Source: Nitrospirota bacterium (GTDB lineage Bacteria; Nitrospirota; UBA9217). Taken from it: a stretch of DNA of 64,000 nucleotides. This document shows positions 49,101 through 57,245 of the stretch, one piece after another. The position numbers and the translations under genes were made by a program. The DNA lies in NCBI GenBank assembly GCA_963751455.1, contig CAVVUN010000009.1:96001-160000 (forward strand). Reading direction: 5' to 3'. Each line of letters begins with the position of its first letter. The first letter of the stretch is position 1. Below the pieces are notes generated by a model. It saw only the letters and a program-made list of their open reading frames with translations, was not told the origin of the DNA and searched no databases.

Positions 49101-51535
49101 GTATCCAGAAGTTCGACCCGTACGGCAATTATCTGACCCAGTGGGGCTCTACAGGATCGGGAAGCGGGCAGTTCGTAGGCGTGCAAGGAGTTGCGGTGGA
49201 CGCCTTGGGCAATGTATTCGTTGCTGATACAGGGAACAACCGAATCCAGAAATTCACTTTCACCGGGAATGCCGGCGGCAACATAAGTCCGTCTACACCC
49301 CAAACGGTAGCATACAATTTAACGACCTCATTCACGGTAACAGCGAATACCGGTTATCATGTCGTTTCGGTCAGCGGGTGCGGAGGCGCCTTATCTAATA
49401 ATGTATATTCGACAGGTCCGGTTACTGCTGATTGCCTGGTCAGCGCCGCTTTTGCGATAAACACATACACCATCACGGCAACAGCGGGACCAAACGGTGC
49501 GGTTGTATGTACACCTTCCATCGTAAACTACGGATCAGGTTCTTTGTGCGCGATAACGCCGGATACCGGATACCACATTGTCGATGTAATGGTTGACGGC
49601 ATATCCATCGGGGCTCAGAACAATTACTCATTCACCAATGTGACGGCGAATCACGCCATTACAGCGGCTTTTGCCATAAACACGTACACCATCACGACAA
49701 CATCGGACCCCAATGGCGCGGTTGTATGTACGCCTTCCATCGTGAACTACGGGTCGGGTTCTTCGTGTACAATCACTCCTGATACCGGATATCATATTGT
49801 CGATGCGATGGTTGACGGGATATCAATAGGAGCGCAGAGCAGTTACTCTTTCACAAATGTGACTGCGGATCATTTTATCTCCGGCGTTTTTGCCATAAAC
49901 ACATACGCCATCACGGCAACAGCAGGACCCAATGGTGCGGTTGTCTGTACGCCTTCAATCGTCAATTACGGGTCCGGTTCATCCTGCATGATCACTCCGG
50001 ATACGGGATATCATGTAGCCAATAGCCTTGTGGACGGAGTATCCGCTGGATTGATCAGCAGTTACACGTTCACGAATGTGACTGCTCCACACACGATCTC
50101 AGCCGGTTTTGCGATAAACACGTACATGATATCAGCAACGACGGGAATGGGCGGCGGGGTGACATGTAATCCCTCGACCGTTAACTACGGGTCAGATTCT
50201 TCATGTATAGTCGCGCCGGATACCGGATATCATATTGTCGATGTGATGGTTGACGGCATATCCATTGGGGCTCCGGGTAGTTACCTATTCACGAATGTGA
50301 CCGCAGATCATTCAATCTCAGCTGCTTTTGCCATAAACACGTACACCATCACCGCAACAGCCGGAATGAACGGGACGATTGTATGCACGCCTTCAATCGT
50401 CAACTACGGGTCCGGTTCTTCGTGCACGAGCACACCGGATATCGGATATCATATTGTCGATGTCCTGGTTGATGGCGTATCAATCGGGGCTTCAAGCAAT
50501 TACACGTTCACGAATGTGACCGCGGATCACTCCATCTCAGCTGCATTTGCTATAAACACGTACAACATCACCGCAACTGCGGGAGCCAACGGCACGCTCG
50601 TGTGTATACCTTCAATCGTCAACTACGGGTCCGGTTCTTCGTGTACGATCACACCGGATATCGGATATCATATTGTCGATGTCTTGGTTGACGGCGTCTC
50701 CATCGGGACTCCGGGTAGCTACCTGTTCATTAATGTGACCGCGGATCACACCATCTCCGCTGTTTTTGCGATAAACACGTACAACGTTACCGCAACTGCG
50801 GGAGCCAACGGTACGCTCGTGTGTTCGCCTTCAATCGTCAACTACGGGTCAGGGTCTTCATGCACGATCACGCCGGATATCGGACACCACATAGTCGACG
50901 TCCTGGTTGACGGCATCTCCATCGGTGCTTCCGGCAATTACACGTTCGCCAATGTGACTGCAGATCACTCTATCTCTGCGAGTTTCGCCATAAACAGGTA
51001 CACTATCAATGTCTCGAAGTCGGGAACCGGAACGGGAACGGTCATAAGTACCCCGGGCGGAATAAGCTGCGGAGCGGATTGTTCTGAAATTTACGATTAC
51101 GGCACAGTGCTGCTGCTCACTCCGCTCGCTGATCCGGATACCGTATTTACAGGCTGGACCGGCGGCTCATGTTCGGGAACAGGACCTTGTACCATCATAG
51201 TGGGATCTGATCAGGCGATCACGGCGAATTTTTCAAGGGCCATCACTGTGACAAGCCCCAACGGCGGTGAGGAGTGGGACCGTGGCACGACGTACGCGAT
51301 AACATGGAATTATGCGGGCAGTTCAGCCGACATGGTCAGTATAGAACTTCTGCAAGACGGACTGGTTCATGGAATCATCGCGAGCGGAGTTCCTATCGGA
51401 AGCAACGGTACAGGTTCATATGCCTGGTCTATACCGAAAAACGAAGCAGGTTCTGATTACACGATCAGGATAACGAGCATGACAACAAGTACGTTCACCG
51501 ATGTGAGCGACGGGATGTTCATCATCATCAAATAG
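40193..51535 (+). CDS. Giant secreted multi-domain surface protein (NHL, BNR-like and PQQ-like propellers, Ig-like/B-repeat units)
   Basis: Signal peptide (true start probably ~40319); SGDGG.A NHL repeats; YGN..FVAVG repeats; LNPDG..KW; WG..G.G.GQF; C-terminal ITVTSPNGGE.W domain. Confidence 0.85.
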   Translation: MKVATSNSDIIRIINGKREGKMRNDTGALRARGEFLATWMRKMKGMWKLLALAVIAVMFTMDSIALAEGELIFTVAGGWIGDGAQATSAALGSPAGAAVDAAGNIYIADTRNNRIRKVDTSGMISTIAGNGIMGYSGDGGPATSASLNSPEGVAVDAAGNIYIADMNNSRIRKVDPAGVITTYAGNGTSGYSGDGGAASAAAINRPWGIGIDSAGNLFIADSNNNRIRKVDSLGIITTVAGSVSYGFSGDGGQAIFAALSMPRGVAVDPSGVMFIADWNNSRIRKVDASGVITTFAGNGIRAYSGDGGPALSASLYYPSSVAIDAALGIVYIADSNNYSVRAVDLASGTITTAAGNGTTGFSGDGGPAASANLAYPTGVALDVGGNLYIADSRNARIRKVNSSNIITTVAGGWLGDGGPATAATIGSAGDVAGDSSGNIYIAEISNGGRIRKVDTSGIITTIAGNGTRGYSGDGGPADAASLYAPQGVALDLSGNIYIADTSNNRIRKVDGATRVITTVTGNGTAAFSGDGGSAVSASLNRPAGVAVDASGNLYIADMNNYRIRKVDAATGIITTVAGNGSSSYSGDGASATSAGFYPASVAVDGSGNIYIPDYMNNRIRKVDTSGIITTFAGNGTRGFSGDGGAATSATLSSPQGVSVDGSGNIFIADTGNYRIREVDTAGIITTVAGNGLAGYSGDGETAVSASLNSPQDSYIDAYSNIYIADTANGRVRVVWSGQTVTLQEVVVDSSGNRLAGAYITVVGNPSLSAYSDANGVFQLPVPQGIPFSHSIAKMGYRTLYTSPRMLTASSLTYRQRVLYTDSEVAAWGVNPGFSAIRGRVIDSSTHETIYNASLRAVSTLNPGLTYSVIYDDLCSTGTGTRTCYYTVINVAPNDPVMLTISAQGYISAEVIYNPLSADSVGSAITWLTKIADSSSYISTLTGTWTSIASTQTETVNISVRSGTSLYTASGAVSGQMTLSMSRFLTILSGTYARWGYRVATYDLAGYHGNHYMISDPTFNSSWGVFTGDLNGVYINNYGVRKVYLTSIRGVRTSGVIDLVLDSTSNGTPTYYNDTAILIRHNSKSATSTGYYNGTITSEDTIVEVAVTGDGFALASYQLDLGSGNSYHYAYTDNTQSPARAYRIGMVDGALFGTRAIDFLVPPTTGSTFTGVMESVDPAYRPVAEYAWYRRDVQSSGNGLNSIAYGNNMYVAVGEVGEIYTSGDGITWTQTIAGTSNANSLYGVAYGNSTFVAVGYAGTILTSTDGITWTHRTGTTNTLYGITYDDGKFVAVGANGAILSSTTGIDWTTAASTTMYDLRTISFGNNMFMAAGEDGVVLTAVDISTWMVRNVGRDADLRDVTYGNGMFTAIGEKSIFTSLDGGITWTEITQTTTDQYGAPRQFQVMKGIDFANNTFVVVGNNYQYVSQDGINWEEIRTGGLLRGIAYGTMFIAVGNSDLIKSSPEGRTWTTRANSAANILFGITYGNNRFVAAGQSGEIFSSTDGTVWTQATTGITNNLQSISFGNNTFVAVGWNQYKQCAALTSVDGSTWSSTNFGSSVPCYLYGVSFGNNRFVAVGFAGIIYTSPDGTEWTAAVSGTANNLQSVNFINNIFLAAGDNGTILRSSDGLTWTTVSSGFSSTLYSATWGNNTYIITGADNTILTSPDANTWTSISSAVAPAVLFTVTYANNTFIGGGTNGEIISSPDGITWTRSLDELTDNRIRGIAYGNNSFVAVGDGHMILQSGTGTAGNYSITATAGMYGSITPAGAVSVPAGGNQTFTMLPNQGSSLMDVQVDGTSIGPVNTYTFYNVMANHTIFAAFSAPPMYSITAAPGLNGSITCNPVTVNYGSSSTCAMTADPGYHVASVSVGPTGGALSFVGAVASYTINNVTTDMTIAAAFVQNQVTPGPQWPMQRFDSKRTGHSPFMGASAPVIKWINSLPVVNTAIGSDGTIYAGATDGNVYALNPDGSVKYVYYDVGVCCAAPAIGPDGTIYFSGFSGGVGRTVALNPDFTLKWSYSYGICCGSMTIGPNGTVYITGGEIHAVNADGQLLWIFKPSDYGDTGTICEAPAVGTGSAGTLFAATRNYLYAIDPATGSRVWSVNINPGGDTAMPCIGPYVWTGFVYSAGGQYVRRFSQQGTLATEFFLGSVFADKYVAEIMPGLEPQSVIAVAYSIQPDGTGYTGGTVIGLSYDSTANSYSVAWSTAIQGEPRSLDSVSSPIMDSSGRIYLRTRIPEEAGTPSYMNLYCIDSHDGALVWMYETAVEAPDPSDPMVGMRPNLSIDVDGTLYSVAGTQRTLGAFNSGPVAVLPIKAMGSRFGTISPSGTVSVNYGGSQTYSITPYTGYHISDVLVDGASVGAVTSYTFSNVMNSHTISVSFAMNTYTITASAGTNGSIAPSGTVTASYGGIAFTITPDTGYHPVVSGTCNGSLSETGPYWYSIAPVTADCILAVSFEINIYTVTPRVENEGQTGYQFERMWPQLEQPWYFKPTGLASDASGNIYIADYGSSRVKKFDSNGTFVMEWGGPGAGNGQFSGLYGIAVDNLGYVYALDYSRAQKFDAGGGFITSWGSYGSGNGQFNMPQGPAIDSSGNIYIADTYNHRIQKFDSNGNYLTQWGTLGTGNGEFDTPQAIAVDMLGYVYVAEAGNFRVQKFLSDGTYVAQWGSYGNGNGQFTNPKRLAVDASGYIYVGDVSRIQKFDSNGAYLDQWGSSGYGNGQFLNIMGLAFGPSGILYAADDHSVQKFTSDGIYLEKWRSDGTGNGQFYNPHNVATDRWGNVYVPDADNNRIQKFDSNGEYLMQWGSAGTGDGQFSHPSAVAVDANDFVYVADFGNSRIQKFDSSGIYLTKWGSFGSGDGQFWLAEGLAVDASGNIYVADSYNNRVQKFDSSGTYLTQWSTSGYPEGLAVDSSGHVYVSDATNHRIQKFDSNGIYLTQWGTAGTGDGQFMRPRGLGLDNSGNVYVADSYDDISNKIDRIQKFDPYGNYLTQWGSTGSGSGQFVGVQGVAVDALGNVFVADTGNNRIQKFTFTGNAGGNISPSTPQTVAYNLTTSFTVTANTGYHVVSVSGCGGALSNNVYSTGPVTADCLVSAAFAINTYTITATAGPNGAVVCTPSIVNYGSGSLCAITPDTGYHIVDVMVDGISIGAQNNYSFTNVTANHAITAAFAINTYTITTTSDPNGAVVCTPSIVNYGSGSSCTITPDTGYHIVDAMVDGISIGAQSSYSFTNVTADHFISGVFAINTYAITATAGPNGAVVCTPSIVNYGSGSSCMITPDTGYHVANSLVDGVSAGLISSYTFTNVTAPHTISAGFAINTYMISATTGMGGGVTCNPSTVNYGSDSSCIVAPDTGYHIVDVMVDGISIGAPGSYLFTNVTADHSISAAFAINTYTITATAGMNGTIVCTPSIVNYGSGSSCTSTPDIGYHIVDVLVDGVSIGASSNYTFTNVTADHSISAAFAINTYNITATAGANGTLVCIPSIVNYGSGSSCTITPDIGYHIVDVLVDGVSIGTPGSYLFINVTADHTISAVFAINTYNVTATAGANGTLVCSPSIVNYGSGSSCTITPDIGHHIVDVLVDGISIGASGNYTFANVTADHSISASFAINRYTINVSKSGTGTGTVISTPGGISCGADCSEIYDYGTVLLLTPLADPDTVFTGWTGGSCSGTGPCTIIVGSDQAITANFSRAITVTSPNGGEEWDRGTTYAITWNYAGSSADMVSIELLQDGLVHGIIASGVPIGSNGTGSYAWSIPKNEAGSDYTIRITSMTTSTFTDVSDGMFIIIK
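49454..50986 (+). repeat. Seven tandem 219-bp (73-aa) coding repeats
   Basis: GCnATAAAC anchors at 49454, 49673, 49892, 50111, 50330, 50549, 50768, 50987. Confidence 0.9.
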
Positions 51536-51559
51536 CGTTTGCTGTCACGATGTTCCGGA

Positions 51560-51589
51560 GGGAGCAGGCATTTGTCTGCTCCCTTTTTT
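51560..51589 (+). terminator. Rho-independent terminator
   Basis: GGGAGCAGGC...GTCTGCTCCC plus T6. Confidence 0.8.
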
Positions 51590-51660
51590 ATTTTTTTAAC
51601 CGGCGTCATTAAAAAGCATGAGCCTCCTGCCTGCGAATTTCTCGGTTTTTTCCGCCTTAC

Positions 51661-51689
51661 TTGACATCCCATTCCCCCGTTGTTAGCCT
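51661..51689 (+). promoter_or_regulatory. Sigma70-type promoter of the GAF/group 3b operon
   Basis: TTGACA-17 nt-TAGCCT; ATG 7 nt downstream. Confidence 0.55.
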
Positions 51690-51695
51690 CAACAT

Positions 51696-52751
51696 ATGGG
51701 CGAATATCAAACAGACCAGTACGATATGTGCGTGGGGGTCGAGGAAGAACGCCATCTCACCGCAACGCTGAATAACCTCGTCAAGAGCATCACGGAAATC
51801 ATGGGAGTAAAGGGCTCTTCCATACGGCTTTTGGACGAAAGAAACGGCTATCTCCAGGTCGTAGCCGCGTATGGCTTAAGCAAGTCCTACCTGGACAAAG
51901 GTCCGCTGCTGCTTTCAGAGAACCCGATCGAACGGGAAATCCTTGCGGGAAAAATTGTGAGCACGCTGGATGTCACGAAGGAGGCCGGGGCCATCTACCG
52001 GGAAGAAGCGGAACGCGAAGGGATCAAGTCGATCATGAATGTTCCGCTTATGGCGGAAGAACGCGCGATCGGAATCGTGAGAGTATATACGGCTGAACCT
52101 CATGAGTTTACCCACGAGGAAACAGAACGCCTGAGGTCCCTGGCGTCCTTCGGGGGGGTGATCGTAGAACGGGCGAAGCTCTGGGACCAGACGCGCGCTC
52201 TTGTCTGCATCGCGAGGTCCATAAGTTCGTCACTGTCGCTTGGCGAGGTCCTTCAACTGATCGTGGAAAACGCAGTCAGTGCCCTCGGCATGAAGGCCTC
52301 GTCCATCCGGCTCCTTGACGAAAGCAGGCGGACTCTCGAAGTGAAGGCTGCGGCGGGTTTGAGCCCTGCGTATCTTGCAAAGGGTCCCATCGAGATCGGA
52401 AAGAGCCCTGTCGACCGGGAGTGCCTTTCGGGGAAATGCATAGCCTCGCCGGACATCAGCAAGGACACCCGGCTTCAATACCCGGAAGAAATAACGAAGG
52501 AAGGCATCGAGGGCATGCTCACGGTCCCGCTCAGCGTCAAGGGCAGGGCAATCGGAGTTCTCCGCATATACACCTCCGCGCCGTATGAATTTTCCTCATC
52601 GGAAATAGAATTCCTGAATGCGCTTGCGTCCTTCGGCGCCATAGCGATAGAGAACGCCCGCCTCTACGGACACGTCAAAACCGAATACGAGGAACTCACA
52701 AAAGATGTCTGGAAATGGTATGACTGGGGGTCCCGGTTCCCGAATATCTGA
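51696..52751 (+). CDS. Tandem GAF-domain protein with no output domain
   Basis: Two repeats of SSIRLLDE...GLS..YL.KGP...VPL...AIG..R.YT. Confidence 0.85.
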   Translation: MGEYQTDQYDMCVGVEEERHLTATLNNLVKSITEIMGVKGSSIRLLDERNGYLQVVAAYGLSKSYLDKGPLLLSENPIEREILAGKIVSTLDVTKEAGAIYREEAEREGIKSIMNVPLMAEERAIGIVRVYTAEPHEFTHEETERLRSLASFGGVIVERAKLWDQTRALVCIARSISSSLSLGEVLQLIVENAVSALGMKASSIRLLDESRRTLEVKAAAGLSPAYLAKGPIEIGKSPVDRECLSGKCIASPDISKDTRLQYPEEITKEGIEGMLTVPLSVKGRAIGVLRIYTSAPYEFSSSEIEFLNALASFGAIAIENARLYGHVKTEYEELTKDVWKWYDWGSRFPNI

Positions 52752-53802
52752 TCTGCTCGTCTCGAAAAAGACATTTTATTCCTGGCTGGACTCGCTCAGG
52801 GGGAGATTTTCCCTTATAGGTCCGGTAAAGGAGGACGGTCTGACAGAATTCAGGCAGATCAATTCATCCGATGAACTGAACATGGGGTATCACTCCACCA
52901 TGCTTTCACCCGGAAAGGCGTATCTCTATAGACCGCGGGAAGAGCTTTTCCGGTTCTCTTTCAAAAAAAGCATTGAAATCAGTGAAGCACCCACAGACCC
53001 GGAACAAAGGGTCCTCATAGGGGTCCACTCCTGCGACACGAACGCGATACTCTACCTGGACAAGGTTTTTCTCGGCGCGTTCCGTGACCCGATCTATGAA
53101 GCTCGGAGAAACAATACGATGATCATCTCGCTCAATTGCGAGCGGGTATCAGGCAACTGCTTCTGCCCCTCGGTAGGAGCCGGGCCCTTTTTAAAATCCG
53201 GGAACGGCTGCGACATGCTTCTTACAGACTTTGGAGACGATTATCTGGTTGAACTGAAGACAGAGCGTGCGCACGGACTTTTCAACGTCGATGATATAAA
53301 ACAGAGCGGGGCCGGAGAGTTCAAGATTAAAGAAGAAAAAGAACGGGCCGCGCTTCAAAAGTTCACGAAGACGATCAACATGGAGGGTCTCGATACCGTC
53401 TTGAAGAAAGGATCCGAGCACCCCGTATGGCGGACCACCGCAGAGGAATTGTGCCTTTCGTGCACGAATTGCGTAATGGTCTGTCCCACCTGCTTCTGCT
53501 ACGATGTCGTGGACGAGACCGCTGTTGACAAAAAATCCGTGCGGAGATACCGGCAATGGGACGCCTGCCAGGACGCGAAGTTCGCTGAAGTTCACGGCGG
53601 CAATTTCAGGGCGAGAAGGACCGCGCGTCTGCGGCAGTTCGTCACGCACAAGCTGGGCCAGACCTTTCAGTTCGGGGTATTCGGGACGGTGGGCTGCGGG
53701 AGATGCATTACCTGGTGCCCGACGGGCATAGATCTTACGGAGATGGCAAAAGAGGTTCAGAAGGGCTATTCAGGAGTGAGTAATAGCGAGCGAATACGAT
53801 GA
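52720..53802 (+). CDS. Group 3b (sulfhydrogenase) beta, Fe-S subunit
   Basis: CLSCTNCVMVCPTCFC; GCGRCITWCP; start approximate. Confidence 0.88.
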   Translation: MTGGPGSRISDLLVSKKTFYSWLDSLRGRFSLIGPVKEDGLTEFRQINSSDELNMGYHSTMLSPGKAYLYRPREELFRFSFKKSIEISEAPTDPEQRVLIGVHSCDTNAILYLDKVFLGAFRDPIYEARRNNTMIISLNCERVSGNCFCPSVGAGPFLKSGNGCDMLLTDFGDDYLVELKTERAHGLFNVDDIKQSGAGEFKIKEEKERAALQKFTKTINMEGLDTVLKKGSEHPVWRTTAEELCLSCTNCVMVCPTCFCYDVVDETAVDKKSVRRYRQWDACQDAKFAEVHGGNFRARRTARLRQFVTHKLGQTFQFGVFGTVGCGRCITWCPTGIDLTEMAKEVQKGYSGVSNSERIR

Positions 53803-54674
53803 TATCTCGAGCGTTAAGAATCGAAGATTCCCCGGAGCTTTCACCGAGGAGCTTCAATCCGCTTAAACCGATAAAGGCAGTCCTGACAGGAATCAAGGAC
53901 GAGGCAGTCGATGTCAAGACATACCGGCTCCAGGTCGGGGTCGACCTTGCGAAGGCCTCGAGCCCCGGACAGTTCAACATGATCGGGTATCCCGGCATAG
54001 GCGAGGCGCCGATTTCGTTCAGCTCGCTGTCCCGGACCAACTACGGCGAGATCGAGCATACCATACGGGCCGTCGGCATGGCGACCCGTTTTGTGGATAA
54101 GATAAAAAAAGGAGGGGAAATTCTTGTCAGAGGCCCATACGGCAGGGGATGGCCGATGAGCGAAGTAAAGGGAAAAGATATTGTCCTTGTGGGCGGCGGA
54201 ATCGGGTTGGCTCCGCTCAGGCCTGTAATCCAGGAAGTAATAAAAAACAGGGCCGATTACGGGAATGTTTTCGTCCTGTTCGGGGCCCGGAACGAAAAAG
54301 GACTGCTTTTCACGGACGAGTACAAAGAATGGCGGAAAGCAATCTCATTCCAGGTAACGGTCGATGAACTGGTCACGAAAAAACTCCTGAAGCATCGGGT
54401 CGGCCTGATCACAGGCCTCGTAAACGAATTGAAATTAAACGTGGACAAGACCATCGCATTCATCTGCGGACCGGAAATGATGATGCGTTTCGTATGCAAG
54501 GGCTTATCGCTGAAGGGTATTCCTGCCGCGGACATGTACGTTTCGCTCGAGAGGCGAATGAAGTGCGGCATAGGACAATGCGGCCACTGCCAGCACGTTG
54601 GTCTCTTCGTGTGCAAGGACGGCCCGGTCTTTTCGTATAAGAACGTGGCGGGGCTGTATGATGGACTGCTTTGA
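53799..54674 (+). CDS. Group 3b gamma, FAD/NAD(P)-binding subunit
   Basis: PGQF, GEAPIS, RGPYG, GGGIGLAP, CGPE, CGIGQCGHC. Confidence 0.92.
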   Translation: MISRALRIEDSPELSPRSFNPLKPIKAVLTGIKDEAVDVKTYRLQVGVDLAKASSPGQFNMIGYPGIGEAPISFSSLSRTNYGEIEHTIRAVGMATRFVDKIKKGGEILVRGPYGRGWPMSEVKGKDIVLVGGGIGLAPLRPVIQEVIKNRADYGNVFVLFGARNEKGLLFTDEYKEWRKAISFQVTVDELVTKKLLKHRVGLITGLVNELKLNVDKTIAFICGPEMMMRFVCKGLSLKGIPAADMYVSLERRMKCGIGQCGHCQHVGLFVCKDGPVFSYKNVAGLYDGLL

Positions 54675-54692
54675 TTGCGGATTGCGGAATGC

Positions 54693-54728
54693 ACCCTGCA
54701 CTCGCGCTATGCACTCATACGCGCTGGG
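54693..54728. repeat. 36-bp dispersed repeat, copy 2, inside a GCGGAwT heptamer tract
   Basis: Matches 4830-4865. Confidence 0.75.
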
Positions 54729-54860
54729 TGTAAACGGATTGCGGAACGGAAAAAACGTATTGGTAGCCGCAGGCTTTAGCCTGCGAGGTAGAGTTGTAGA
54801 ATCCATGCTGATGGGTTAAATAAGACGATCGTTAATCAATTAATTGTAGGGGAACCGGGA

Positions 54861-55652
54861 ATGCATCATAACGGAAGCGGCAATCATAAAGTCCGGCTCG
54901 GCTTCTTCAAATATTCCTGCTGCGCGGGATGCGAGTTCCAGACGTTCTATTTTCAGAGGCATCTTTCCGAGACCCTGGAAGCCTTCGAGATCGTTTTTGC
55001 CCGGATGGTGTCCAGCGGAGGCACTCCGGAAGGGCCGTTCGACGTGGCGCTGATCGAGGGCACGATAACAGAGGCCTGGCAGATCGACGAGCTGAAAAGA
55101 ACGCGCAGGAACAGCAAACTGGTTTTCGCGATCGGGGCCTGCGCGGTAAACGGCGGCATACCCGCGATCAAGACAATGCTGCCGGAACTAGAGGTGGAGG
55201 AGAGCGTGTATGACGACATCTCCACGATCCATTCGATCCGGCCGCATCCCATAGACGTCTACATACCGGTTGACGGATATATCAGAGGCTGCCCTCCGGG
55301 AGAAAGGGACCTGTTCGAGGCGCTTTCTTCCGTGCTGACCGGGAAGGAGCCCGATTTTCTGAAATACGCGGTATGCGTGGAATGCAAGCTGAAAAAAAAT
55401 ATCTGTGTACTCGTTGCCCACAACATGCCGTGCATGGGCCCGGTGACGAATGCGGGGTGCGGCGCGCTCTGCCCGAGCTACAAAAGGCCTTGTTATTCCT
55501 GTTTCGGTTCCATGAAGCAGGCGAATGCGCCTGCCCTTGCGAAACGGTTCATGAAGATCGGCTTGTCGCAGGCCGATATCCGGAGGAAGTTCACGATGTT
55601 TGATTCAAATACGAGCGAATTCAGGAAAGCTGCCGACATGGGTGAGGAGTAA
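54861..55652 (+). CDS. Group 3b delta, small subunit
   Basis: CAGC, GACA, GCPP, VCVEC, CMGP, GCGALCP, CYSC. Confidence 0.92.
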   Translation: MHHNGSGNHKVRLGFFKYSCCAGCEFQTFYFQRHLSETLEAFEIVFARMVSSGGTPEGPFDVALIEGTITEAWQIDELKRTRRNSKLVFAIGACAVNGGIPAIKTMLPELEVEESVYDDISTIHSIRPHPIDVYIPVDGYIRGCPPGERDLFEALSSVLTGKEPDFLKYAVCVECKLKKNICVLVAHNMPCMGPVTNAGCGALCPSYKRPCYSCFGSMKQANAPALAKRFMKIGLSQADIRRKFTMFDSNTSEFRKAADMGEE

Positions 55653-55740
55653 TGAGGCAACCTTCTGAATCGATAAGCAGAACCTGGATCTTGAAACTTC
55701 TATCCGCAGATTTCGCAGATATACGCTGATTTTAAATAAA

Positions 55741-55870
55741 CGGGCTGTTGCCTAAACCACCGTTCACCCTTCGACAGGCTCTGGGCGAACGGTGTAGTCA
55801 TTGAGTATTATAAAATTATCCGTTCGTGCTGAGCCTGTCGAAGCACAAAATCGGTTTGGGCAACAGCCTG
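55741..55870. mobile_element. 130-bp MITE with 18-bp TIRs and TAAA flanks, carrying an internal palindrome
   Basis: CGGGCTGTTGCCTAAACC / GGTTTGGGCAACAGCCTG; internal CTTCGACAGGCTC / GAGCCTGTCGAAG. Confidence 0.75.
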
Positions 55871-55958
55871 TAAAGTTATAACATCTTATTATTAACAGTC
55901 TCATAATAGTGTGTACATCATTTCGAGAATCCCTCCTAACCTCCCTTTTCCAAGGGAG

Positions 55959-57245
55959 TGTGCAACATGCACATGGGTTACATTTTAACCTGTGGACATG
56001 GGTTACACTTTTTTTAACTTAGGTTCCACTTTTCCGAGCTTGACGTCGAGTATGCCGATAGGATGGAAACCGAAGCGAATTTCGTATTTTCCATCGGCAG
56101 TCTCGATAAGGCCGATTCTCGCTCCGGCCAGGAGCTCGGAGATGAAGTAGTAAGTTCTGTTAAACCGGATCTCGCCGTGAAGGCGGATCTTGCGGACCTT
56201 GATGCCATGATCGTACTCAGGTTCGCGGAGTTTTTCCGGGAACCTCCTGGGTGATGGTTCGTAAACGCTCGCGGGTGTCTTTTTATTGAGCGCCTCATGC
56301 GGGCGGTCGTAATTGTACTCGTGCCGGAACTCATCAAACCGGATTTGCTGCCGGTCCATATTGGCCTTAGGCGGCTTGGCGGTGTCCTGTTTCAGGGTCC
56401 GGTGCATCCGCTCGTGGCGCCCGTTCTGCTGGGGCTTGCCGGATTCTATCCGTTCCGGCCTGATACCGAGTTTGATGAGCCATACCGACAATCGGCTGAG
56501 GCCCGTTACCCCGCGTCCGGCAAACGGCGTCCCGTTGTCGGTACGAATCGCTTCCGGCAGGCCGAACTCCCGGAACGCCCACTCGAACCAGGGCTGGGTG
56601 TCCGCATGGCAAGGGGAATAAAGGCCCTTGCACGTAAGCAGGTAACGGCTCATGTTGTCGGTGATGGTCAAGGGATAACACCATCGGCCGTCGCCTGTCT
56701 TGAACTGGCCCTTGTAGTCTGCGCTCCAGACTTTGTTCGGTGCATCGCAGGCCAGGAACGGCTCACTGTATTTCGGCGTTTTCTTGCGCAGCCGCCGGTC
56801 CTTGACAAGGCCGTGTCGTTTAAGCCATTTCTCGGCGGTACAGACAGAGGGCCATTTAATCTGGGGCTCGTCCCGGTTTAAGAGGTCTAACAGCTTCTCG
56901 GGACCCCAGGTCATATGCAGCAGCTTTGCTTCAACCAGACGGTTGATGATTTCCTCATCGGTCTGGTTCGGGTGAACGATTGGAGCTCGGCAGAGCTCTT
57001 TCAGGCCGTCTTGGCCGAGACTGTCGTAACGCTCGGTCCACTTATAAATTGTCTTGCGGCTTACTCCGTAGATCACCGACAGATCGGTGATACTGTAGCC
57101 GTTAAGCCAGTCGGCTATTAGCTTTAAACGCTCTTCCATGGGCTCCGTCTTTCTCCAGGGCATAGGATGATCCTCCTAGCCCTGCAGTTTAACGTGTTAC
57201 CCATGTCCATAGGTTAGTTTGTTACCTATGTTAGCAGGTTGTACC
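55959..57245 (-). mobile_element. IS481-family insertion sequence
   Basis: About 50-bp imperfect TIRs (TGTGCAAC...ACATGGGTTACAC); apparent GAG duplication. Confidence 0.88.
56003..57163 (-). CDS. IS481-family DDE transposase
   Basis: MPW start, HTH, WSADYKG, RTDNG, QQNGRHER. Confidence 0.92.
   Translation of the reverse strand: MPWRKTEPMEERLKLIADWLNGYSITDLSVIYGVSRKTIYKWTERYDSLGQDGLKELCRAPIVHPNQTDEEIINRLVEAKLLHMTWGPEKLLDLLNRDEPQIKWPSVCTAEKWLKRHGLVKDRRLRKKTPKYSEPFLACDAPNKVWSADYKGQFKTGDGRWCYPLTITDNMSRYLLTCKGLYSPCHADTQPWFEWAFREFGLPEAIRTDNGTPFAGRGVTGLSRLSVWLIKLGIRPERIESGKPQQNGRHERMHRTLKQDTAKPPKANMDRQQIRFDEFRHEYNYDRPHEALNKKTPASVYEPSPRRFPEKLREPEYDHGIKVRKIRLHGEIRFNRTYYFISELLAGARIGLIETADGKYEIRFGFHPIGILDVKLGKVEPKLKKV

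Noticed and set aside
49454-50986. 219-bp repeats as a DGR template/variable pair or CRISPR
   Set aside because: They are in-frame domain repeats with differences at all bases, and no reverse transcriptase is present.
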